Assembly (NCBI GenBank): GCA_002633005.1
Contig: NMRA01000030.1
Span: 845,164 to 909,163 of the forward strand
Length of the DNA: 64,000 bases
Direction: 5' to 3'
Source of the DNA: Phoronis australis
Lineage: Eukaryota > Animalia > Phoronida
The notes beneath the pieces were generated by a model. That model was not told where the DNA came from. It made no database searches and saw only the letters and a program-made list of their open reading frames with translations. The position numbers were made by a program, and so were the translations under genes. Of this stretch, positions 27,408 through 37,467 are shown piece after piece. Position 1 is the stretch's first letter, and each line of letters begins with the position of its first letter.

Positions 27408-28618
27408 TTACTTGGCGAAATAAATTTCGCCAAGTATGTTGCTCTTCCAAGTTTTTTTTTGTTGTTTTTTCGCACTCTACAGGTCGCATTTTTTGACCCA
27501 TTTTCACAAAATTTGTACGCAACTTGTTTTATTCGGAAGTACTGGAAGCCTATTGTTTTTCGTCATAATCGGATCCAAGATGGTGGATGTGGCGGCCATT
27601 TTGTTTTCATTTAAAGGTTCAAATGCTTCTGGAGGCTACAATTTTTTACGTACAGCACTGAGAATCGGCACAGTTATTGGACCGGAGATGTGCTACAAGT
27701 ATGTCGGAAATCAATTACTTCCGATTAAACATGGCGGAAATATCGGCGATCGCGCAATTTGCGCACCTCGATTTTGGCCTAAAAACGTTTTCTCCTGTAG
27801 AGGGTGCATTATAGGGCCATTTCCTTTGAATTTTTGCAGTTGTTAGTTTTTTATGACATGCTATTATACAGAGCCAAAAAACCGGAAGTTGCTTTCAAGA
27901 TGGCGGATCTGCCGCATGTTGACCCATTTTCAGTCGTGCTGGAGTGCCATTTTAAACAGGAAGAGAAAAAGACGTGATTTTTTGCATATGGATTCTTTGA
28001 GGTATACTCTTTCAAATGACCTCTAATATTTTTTTCTCAGACTTACCGTTTTTGAGTTATTTGACTTTGAAATTCTTAAAAAAACGCAAAATTTCATTTT
28101 TTTTCGTAAAATTTATGGAATTAGGGGATACCATGAGTTTAGATATAGTTTTAAAAGGGCTTTCAGCAGATGTTTTTTATTTTTCGCTAGGAAGTCTACT
28201 TTTTGAATTATTCGAGATTTTCTGATAGCGCTGTTCCTTTGTTGAGCGCTTTTACTGCATTGATGTTGGTTTAGTTTCAATTGAACTATAGTGTAGCCTA
28301 TTTCTTGCTGATTTATGACATCTAAGTGCTTCATATGAATGTTTTGATGTTGTTCAGCATCATCACAATCGTCATCATATTCGTTATCTTCGTCATTATC
28401 TCCGTCGTCATCTTTTCAGTTAATTTTGCCAAGTGTCGTTTAAGGCTGTAGCCTATACTTACTGATGTCTGGCCTCTACGTTCGTCTTGTGAATGTTATC
28501 ATTACTTGAATTGTTCATCATCGCCACCATCGTCGTCATATTCGTCTTCTTTGTCATCATCTCTATCGTCGTCTTTTCTGTTAATTTCGCCAAGTGTTGC
28601 TCCTCGGAGCGCTTTCAT
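27408..28618 (+). mobile_element. HINE-like non-autonomous Helentron, family 2
   Basis: 5' hairpin acttggcgaaat-aa-atttcgccaagt. The 3' subTIR atttcgccaagt is followed by the hairpin gctcc-tc-ggagc and T-rich ends. The 3' region is tandemly duplicated (~165 bp). Confidence 0.7.
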
Positions 28619-29714
28619 TTGTTTTGTGAAGTATTTCTGACATTAGAAAATACATGGGAAAGCAGCTGTTGACCTTGAGTGTTAGTCCCTAGAGTTAGTT
28701 TTCAGTTGTTATTTGTGATGCAAAGGCAAATCTTTATTTGCATGTACCTTATTTTCAAGCAAACACTAGCAATATGCATGCCACTACCCATTGCCCATTT
28801 GTTCATTTGAATGTAGTTCGTCTATAGCGCTACTTGGCTTGTCTTTCACTGTGGCCAATTGTAATAGTTGTTCTAATTGCCCGTCTTTGAAGGCAAGATC
28901 AAAATTGGCTTCTGTCATAGTCAATTGATTGCATGCTGGCAGAATTTTATTAACAGTGTCCATACTGGAAATTTTCAAAAACCTGATTGGTTAGAAACTG
29001 CTAATGACGTCAGAAACATTGATTGATATAAATCACCTTTATGTACTGTGCAGTGATGTAGTTGAGCTCATGTCACAGTGAAAGCAGTACCACTGTCTCA
29101 ACTGCTAGTAGAGATGGTGGCCATCCCATATGCCCTTTTTACACCGCAAGCTTTTCAGCAAATTATGCCTCTTGCTGACCATCAAAATCGTGTTGCTAGA
29201 AGTGCCTTTTACACATAGAGGGAAACCTTAGGAGGCCGTTGATAGCTTTAATTCCTTACAACTCTAACAAATACTCCCATAATCAAGCTTTTTTTGATTT
29301 GTCCCTCGTTCAGTTGCCTAAATCAGCAACTTGCCAATTTTATATTGTTCTCGCCAGGGGACATGACATCATCTCCCTTGCAAAAATGAAGTTGATATGG
29401 ATTTAATTATCACATATGGTGGGCAGTAGAGTGTGAAACATCAACATTAGCCAATCACAAACTGATAAAACCATTTCAGGAACCCAGGGTAAATGTAGAT
29501 TTTAATATAAATTATTATGCATTCACTGCCGTCTTGAAATCCTTGCCTAATAGACAAAAAGTATTATTAAAACACATTAAAAGACGCTAAGCTGTTACTT
29601 ACTGCTAAAATGGTGGAGTAATGTTGAAATATGTCTGTGGCAATCTGCCGTCTTTTTCACTCACTATGTGGCGTTGTTGTTTCTAATATGTAATACAGTC
29701 TGTGCGGAGCGTCG

Positions 29715-30178
29715 ACACAAACTGCGAAGTTAACTGAACAGTTCATACTAGCTTCAGTAGTTAACGGACATCGAAGTAAACAGGTCATGCTGTTGTCATC
29801 AAAACAATCACAAGGTGGTGCTGATGCATCATATGCATGCTAAGATTTTTTAATGCGACAATTTGGGAACATTTGCATGTGCTAACTGACATATAACTAA
29901 TTTCTAATTCGATTGGTGATTATTCAAGCAAAATATAAGCAACTTAATTAGCGATGACACTGCCCTTTAATTGTTGACAATGACAGCTGTCCCTGGCAAT
30001 AACTTCGATGGGATCGAAGCTGACTGTTGATACTGCACCGCAGCGTTGACACTCCGCTGTTAAATCCACCTGCAAATTTAACTGGCACCGTTAAATTTGA
30101 TCCACGACTGAAGTTAATCGTTCATACTGACCGCAGCTTCCCAAAACATTGACTCTTAGATGTTAGTATGAAAGGTCC
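29715..30178. mobile_element. Inverted diverged copy of the Harbinger-like MITE at 12521-13035
   Basis: The end gatgttagtatgaaaggtcc is nearly the reverse complement of gggcctttcatactaacatc. 29850-29950 aligns inversely to 12760-12865. Confidence 0.6.
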
Positions 30179-30476
30179 TTTTAAGACATAAGTCTGACAC
30201 CAAAACATCTGCTTTTCAACACAAAGAATAGTACTATATGAACCCATTGCACACCGCAGTTTCCACGCAATCCGGTTAATCATGGCAGCACAGCACTGTA
30301 ATGAGTGGTTGGGGCCATAGCCCCCCAGCCCCCTATGGTTTTCCTTGTATATTTATATAGGCGGTCCCACTCTCTGCCCGACTTTCGGCATGACACCTAT
30401 ATTAATATAGGTGGCCTCGCTTTTGAAGCTCGAAATTTAATTTTTTTGCCTATCTCATTTAAATAAGAATAAGTCA

Positions 30477-32140
30477 TTATGCGCCCACATATTTATATGT
30501 GGACGCATCATGCCGTCATTTCCGTCCGTCTGTCCGGCGTCTGCTACTCTATCTCCAAAATGTCTTAAAATTTCTTCTTTGGATGATTCAGATGGCATGA
30601 GCTAACTTCCTGACGGATCCAACTACTGGTGGCAATTTTAGTTTTTTACATTTACCTCTGTATCTTCAAAAGTCCTGAACGGATTTGCATAAAATTTGGT
30701 ATATAGGCACCTATTAGTGAGACGATGTTATCCTCCTGTTTTCAGGTGGATTTGACTTAGTTTGTGCCGCCTAGTGGCCATTTTTACTGTTTTCTCGTCT
30801 CTTTTTTGTGTCCACCCCTCTATCAACCAAACCGCTTAAAGGATGATTTTGAAAATTGGCATGTATGATCTTACTATAAAGTGGATGGCTGACGATGATT
30901 TTCTGACGACTTTGGCTTCTGTGGCGCCTCCTAGTGGCAGTTTTGTTTTTTTGCACCTATGGTTGTATCTCCTAAACTGTTCTCAGGATCTTTACTAAAT
31001 TTAGTATAATGTTAGCGACAGAGGACGACGACTTTCAGACAGATCTGACTGCTGGTGTGCCGCCTAGTGGCCGTTTCATTTTTTACAGTTTTATTTTTTT
31101 ACGTTTACCTCTGTATCTTCAAAGGTCCTCATCATATTGTCATAAAATTTGGCATATAAGCATCTATTAATGAGGTGTCACTATCTCTTCGTTTTCAGAT
31201 GAATTCGACCCAGTTTGCGCCACCTGGTGGCCATTTTTACTGTTATCGAGTTTTTTGGCATCCACTAATCTATCAACCAAACCATTTTTAGGATAATTGT
31301 GAAAATTGGCTATATGTTTTTACTATGAAATGGACAGTTGACGATGATTTTCTGACGACTTCGACTCCTGGGGCACCTCCTACTGGCAGTTTTTTTTGCG
31401 CTCATGGCTGTGTCTCCTAAACTATTTGCAGGATCTTTACTTATTTTAGCGTTTTGTTAACTACGGACAACGACGAATTTCGGACATATCTGACTACTGC
31501 TGTGCCCCTTAGTGGCAATTTTAGTTTTTTTACGTTTAATTTTGCATCTTTAAAGGTCCTTAACAGATTTTCATAAAATTTTAAATACAGGCATCTGTTG
31601 GTGTGATGAGGCTATCTTCCTGTTTTTGGATGGAATCGAGGTATTTTGCACCGCCTAATGGCCATTTTTGCTGTTTTCAAATCTTGTGTTGGTTGTCCAC
31701 CCCTGTATCAACCAAATTATTTGAAAATTGGCATATATGTTCTCAGTGTGAAGACGACCTTTGGTGATGGTGACTGACTACTGTGGCGCCTCCTAGTGGT
31801 AGTTTTGTTTTGCGCCCATAATTTTAGCTCCTAAAACCACTGCAGGATCTTTATTAAATTTATTAAGTGTATTTATATAAGATAACAACAGACGACGACT
31901 TTCAGGCGGATCCAACGGACACTCAGTGTCCACTAGTGGTAATTTCATTTTATTCTGTTTTCCTTTGTTTCTCTGAAGTTCCATGACAGATTTTTATGAA
32001 ATATGGCATGTTCCTGTTTTTGGATGGATTGTATGTTTTTACGCCATCTAGTGGCCATTTTTATGATGCAAATAACCCTAAAAGCACACCATTTGCAATG
32101 CATTCGTGGGCGCATTTCAATGCTCCGCATTGCTCTTGTT
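30477..32140 (+). mobile_element. HINE/DINE-1-like non-autonomous Helentron, family 1, complete copy with central tandem array
   Basis: 5' subTIR/hairpin atgcgcccacata..tatgtggacgcat, a (gtcc/gtct) microsatellite, central ~445-bp repeats, and 3' subTIR gtgggcgcat plus hairpin caatgc-tcc-gcattg. It sits in a T-rich site with no TSD. Confidence 0.8.
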
Positions 32141-32189
32141 TTCAGTTCTAAACGCACAAAACGCTATCCCGGCCAGTGTCTCGAATTAC

Positions 32190-32920
32190 CCGACTTCAAA
32201 TTTACGTGTGTAATTGTTGCATGTAATTCAATTCGAAATTCAAAGTTTCAGGTCATTTAGTGCAACCACGGGGTCATTAGGTGCATTTTTCTTCATCCAC
32301 CAAGTATTCTGACATGCCATCAGTTGGACAACTATGATTCTCAGCATTAAACACACTTTTCAGGGATTCTGCCATAATCCTTCTAAAGAGACTTGTAACG
32401 CACCGGATAGGGTCAATTAGTGCAAAGGTCATCTCACCTTCAAAATGTTATTTCTCCTACGTTTTTCAGTTAATTCTTTTCAGTTTCTGCACATGAGTGT
32501 AATCCTACATGCCAATCTAACTCCCTACTTTAGTAGGCAATAGGGCCATCCAATCAGAAACATAGGTCAAAGGTCATTGAGTGCAAACTAAGGTTTTGAT
32601 CTAGACACTTCAAATTTACAAATCTGTTTAGTAATTGCAATTGAGGTTTGAATTCAGAAATTTCAGGTCATTTGGTGCAACCATGGGGTTATTAGGTGCA
32701 TTATTTTCTTCTGAAAGTTTGACCAATTCATTCATCTTGTGTTCTAAACTGCTTAAAGTAAGACATCTGTGATTCTTAGCTTTAACCACAATTATCGTCT
32801 AGTTTACACTTATTCCCTCATCGGGGCTCGTAATGCACCGGAAGGGGTCAATTAGTGCAAAGGTCATCAAATTATCAACATGTAATTTTTCTTACAGTTT
32901 TAAAGAATTGTTTTTGATAT
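32190..32920. repeat. ~420-435-bp imperfect tandem duplication rich in RGGTCA half-sites
   Basis: tcaggtcattt.gtgcaacca.ggggt.attaggtgcatt at ~32248 and ~32663. gtaa.gcaccgga..gggtcaattagtgcaaaggtcatc at ~32395 and ~32830. Confidence 0.7.
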
Positions 32921-33989
32921 TGGTAAACAGGTTGCTATCAATAACTTCTCATAACAATTCCTGTAATACATACACGCAGAGTCCATTATTGTCACACCGT
33001 GACAATAATCTTTCTAGTTACTTCTGCTCTACCCCACTTTTGCAACCACACTGCGATTAGAAGTGGCGCAAGTTACCCTTGAGCAAGTCTCCCCACCTCG
33101 ATAATGTGGAGTAAAGTTGTTGACAAGTGGGGTAAGTTGCACTCAGTATAAGTAGCGTTCACACAGACCTTAAACTTAGCGACAACTCGTTCCTGGAGTA
33201 ACGTGTTTTAGGGTAAGTCTGTGTGTGGACGACACTTTTATATTTTGGTTGGTTCAGTATTAGGTCCACCCCTAAAATGTACAGAGAGTTATGGGAGTTC
33301 TGTTGTGATTTCTGTTCTTAAGTAATATCGTTTGTTTTAATGAGTGGTATTAGTGTAATAAAAACATGTTAAATAAACAAAAAATTTGTTAGTTATCTGG
33401 GAGAACCTGATTATTTGCTGCTCACTTGTTCTCTCGTGTCCCCAGGATATTTTGATACTTATGTGTGCTAATGGCACATAGTCACTTGAGCTTGTGAAGG
33501 GTGTCTACTTATCCATCTCTGGCTTATGCGATCAGAACTGATCTGCATACATCAAAAGACTGCTACTTGTCATCAACAATTTAATACACAGGATTAGCGA
33601 TTAAAAGTACATCAAATTTCACTTAAGCATTATATCCATTAAACATAAGAGGGCTTACAGAGCATAAGCTTTCTCACTAGCGGCAGGTGTGTTTCCACAC
33701 TGACTGAAACCTGATGCTGAATTTCTCTTGCATTTATTTTTAATCCATGATTTGAATTAATAGCTATTCAAGTGGCGTCGCCATGACAATAGGTCATTTG
33801 CTCATCTCAAATGTGAAGTGTGAAGACCAGTGTGCATTATACATCATTATCACTAGTCTCCATGTTGTGTGGTTCTCCTGCAATACTCAGCAGTCTGCCT
33901 AAGTTGGTTGTGCTGAATGCCTGTTTGAATCACAGACTTGTCTTCTGAGCTCCTCCTCTGCTCTTGGATTAATCTGCCTTCAGTATTGG

Positions 33990-34049
33990 ATGTCCGTGGT
34001 TTCTGCTGCCATGAGGCACATCAATGTCTCTGTCCATGATTTGACCAAG
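33990..34049 (+). CDS. Candidate alternative first coding exon of the RGS7-like gene
   Basis: ATG...AAG|gtaaac, 60 nt, MSVVSAAMRHINVSVHDLTK. It is phase 0 and ends in K like the conserved K|M junction before exon A. It has no similarity to the canonical N-terminus. Confidence 0.25.
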
Positions 34050-34289
34050 GTAAACAACACGAGTCCCACCTATTTTTATTGCTATAATACCAGCATTTCT
34101 TCCTTTACTCTTAAAAATTGATATTACAGTGCCTAACTGGTCTTGTTGAAAATGGGTAGTCAATAATTGTCTCAAGTTACTGAATTCAGCAGATTGTAAA
34201 GGAAAAATAGTTTCTTTGATATCATACAATCAAATTGAAAACATTTATCATAGCTCACCTTACACTTGATATGGTAAGAAATTCTCGTA

Positions 34290-34790
34290 GGTGTAGTGCT
34301 AGTATTATGAACATAATTCTGATTAAGTTACCCTGAAGTGTGGTGCTAGTGTTATAAACATAATAATACTGATCAAGCTACCCTGATGTGTGGTGCTAGT
34401 GTTCTGAACATAATAATACTGATCAAGCTACTCTGAAGTGTGCATGGTGCTAGTGTTCTGAACACAATGATACTGATCAAGCTACCCTGAAGTGTGGTGC
34501 TAGTGTTCTGAACACAATAATACTGATCAAGCTACCCTGATGTGTGGTGCTGGTGTTCTGAACATAATAATACTGATCAAGCTACCCTGAAGTGTGGTGC
34601 TAGTGTTATGAACATAATAATACTGATCAAGCTACTCTGAAGTGTGGTGCTAGTGTTCTGAACACAATAATACTGATCAAGCTACCCTGATGTGTGGTGC
34701 TGGTGTTATGAACATAATAACACTGATCAAGCTACCCTGAAGTGTGGTGCTAGTGTTATGAACATAATAAAACTGATCAAGCTACCCTGA
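34290..34790. repeat. 50-bp minisatellite, about 10 copies
   Basis: Unit aacataataatactgatcaagctaccctgaagtgtggtgctagtgttatg. Confidence 0.95.
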
Positions 34791-35203
34791 AAAGCAAAAT
34801 GCACAGTCGGATCAAGATGGAAGTGAAGTAAACTTAGGAATGTGTGGACCTAGGTTCCTGTGTCTGGCTTTGTTTTAAATTATCCAGTATATATTCAAGT
34901 TTCAGTCTCTGATTTTACCTGTTTACACATTACTTAATTGGTGTAGCTACTGGGAGGAGGATACTGGAGATGGAAATGAGTTAATCAATCTAATTACTAG
35001 CCATTTATTTGAGACAGTCTTGACATGAAGGTCACAAGTACACATGTCCAGGATTCTTCCAGCAGTGTCTCAACTGATTTGGTCTTTGTATTGGAGGGAC
35101 GATGGGATCTAACCGGCAGTCGTATCAAATCATTTCAAAATAAGTCAATTGTTGCAACTTCAGTGTAAATGGGGTACAAACCAACTCAACAGTCATTCTG
35201 TTA

Positions 35204-35204
35204 G

Positions 35205-35266
<62 letters not shown>

Positions 35267-35267
35267 G
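35204..35267. repeat. (GTT)n microsatellite, about 21 units
   Basis: Directly visible. Confidence 0.98.
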
Positions 35268-35651
35268 CAGCTGAAACCGCTATTGCTTTAGGGCATTGGA
35301 CTCACTAATTGTGTCTGGTATCAAGCTGAGTCAATGTGAAAGTTGAATTTTGTGGCTTTAGCTGATCTTTTGTCTCTGCTGGGACATGCTCCTTTGTAAT
35401 TTTCCAACCGTCGCTGGATTGTCATTTGTTCTTGATAACTCAAGAGTGGTGCCTCCTGGTGGTATATCTGCTTGACAGTTAGTGGCTAAGAGCCATTGAA
35501 ACACTGGATGAAAAGTACCTTGAGGAATTGGGATATTGAAGATTCTGCAGAAGTAAATTAAGCCATTTCCAGTGTTTGCCTTGAGGAATTAAGGAGTCTA
35601 TTGATTGTAACTCATTAATACACACCTTCAAGGTCTCTGTCAGTGTAATAC

Positions 35652-35852
35652 AATAGAAGCAACTAGGTCACAATAGAAGCACAACTAGGTCACAATAGAA
35701 GCACAACTATGTCACAATAGAAGCATAACTCGGTCACAATAGAAGCGCAACTAGGTCACAATAAAAGCGTAACTAGGTCACAATAGAAGCACAACTAGGT
35801 CACAATAGAAGTATAACTTGGTCACACTAGAAGCACAACTAGGTCACAATAG
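35652..35852. repeat. 22-bp minisatellite (aactaggtcacaatagaagcac), about 9 copies, ending ~45 bp before exon A
   Basis: Directly visible. Confidence 0.95.
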
Positions 35853-35899
35853 ACACATGGTTGCATCATGGAAGTCAATTGTTTCTTGCTTTGTTTCAG

Positions 35900-35996
35900 A
35901 TGGAGAAAATAGTGAATTTGATGCAGGATGAGTACAGTGGAGTACCCGTACGCACAGTGAAGAGCTTCATGACCAAAATACCCAGTGTTTTCACTG
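35900..35996 (+). CDS. RGS7: RGS7/RGS6-like (R7 RGS, EGL-10 orthologue) coding exon A, start of DEP domain
   Basis: Acceptor ttgtttcag|ATG, donor ACTG|gtaagt, 97 nt. Encodes [32 protein letters not shown](G), matching the R7 motif MQDE..G.P.RTVKSF..KIPSVF.G. Confidence 0.95.
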
Positions 35997-36038
35997 GTAA
36001 GTGTTGTGTTCATCCTCAAGAGCTTCGTGACCAAAATA

Positions 36039-37458
36039 TCGTATTCACCGTAATAACCGCCCATGCCCCTATAAGCGTCCCCCCACGCTTTTTCAGACTT
36101 TGCGCCCAGTCCATGAAGGTGTACTTGCGAACAATGACGTACCTACAGTCCTAAAACTTAGCTGCAGTAACGTCTTCAATTTATCAAAAAAATTTTGCAC
36201 GGGTCTTCTAGACCACCAGCGGCACTGCTACGTTTGTATTTAGCCGTGACTATATACTTCAAAGTAACACAGCGCTTCAAAAAGAATGCAACAGCGTTGC
36301 TACTCTCGTGACGACCGTGTCCCACTATGGTCTGACCTTTCAGTACAGACACATCGACTGTCTATGAATAAAAATAACTCGGTGTTAAACGCACGTGGCC
36401 AGGAAGCGCGCGCTACATATATGAACCTGTCATCAAAGACATTAGTCGGGAACTATCCATTCATAAAACGGGTAGCATAGCATCGGTAAGAAATGAATAT
36501 TGGCACTAATTTTTGATAGTTTCTAATATTATAAAAAATGTTTGCATAATTTTTAAGATGAATTGTTTGATTAACCATAATTGGTGTTTTTAAGACAAAT
36601 ATCCGATAAAATGACCACTGACAGTGAATGCTTACACACCCTTACACCAAAAAATAACTGTCAGATAGTTCCGTACGCATCCAGCTACACGGCGACTAAT
36701 ATGGGCCTTACCGAGACAAATGTTGAACGTTTTTTTGCACTTGAGACCGGCAAGTGCTGAATGAAACACGCTCTGGTTTAGGCCTACTGCTTGTGCAAAT
36801 TTCTTTAGACACAATGCATATCTAGCTCGTTAGATTGTGTGGCTCTGGCCAAAAGACGGTCTCTGCTTTGGCAAATGAACTCTGGTGACATGCACGTGCT
36901 CGCTTTCTCACAAACGCAGACGAACTTCAAAACAAACGTCACGTGACAACAACATGTAAGTTCGTCCAGACATTTTTCTCACCGTGTTGCCGATCATACT
37001 TGTAGATGGCACGATGTAGCACAAATTTGTACTTAAACCTGCCATTAATCCAGACTCCATGGGATCTTAAAAAAATCTTAGGGACGCTACTTAGAAAACT
37101 TAATGAAGATTTCAGGTAATTTGCTTGAGTCGAAACTATTTTTATTCAAGCATTGAAGTCGCCATATCGAAGACGGCGATTTCGAGGCAGTCACTTGGCG
37201 AGTTTTCGCCCTGGGATTTCAGCACAATTTTCTGTAAAATGATCGTAATTTAGCAGCAAATTTTGATAGCAATGCACCACAGTTTTGTTGAAAGTCTTTC
37301 ATAGATTACAGATACGTCACAGAGTGCAAATTTGATGAATCTTAGCTTCAGATTTCGCCCGTTTCGGAGACCGGGTTTCAACCGCCTTAGGTTATAATAA
37401 GCGCCCCTCAGAACCGAACTTTTCTAAGCGCCCTGGGCGGTTATTACGGCGAATACGG
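36039..37458. mobile_element. Tc1/mariner-superfamily (Tc2/pogo-like) non-autonomous element, 1420 bp
   Basis: 25-bp TIRs tcgtattcaccgtaataaccgccca / tgggcggttattacggcgaatacgg (2 mismatches), with TA on both sides. No transposase ORF. Confidence 0.88.
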
Positions 37459-37467
37459 TAGCTGTTT

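Noticed and set aside
34290-34790. Regular repeat arrays (here and at 53782, 54530, 61190, 62740) as CRISPR arrays
   Set aside because: Units are head-to-tail with no unique spacers, there are no cas genes, and the context is a spliced eukaryotic gene.
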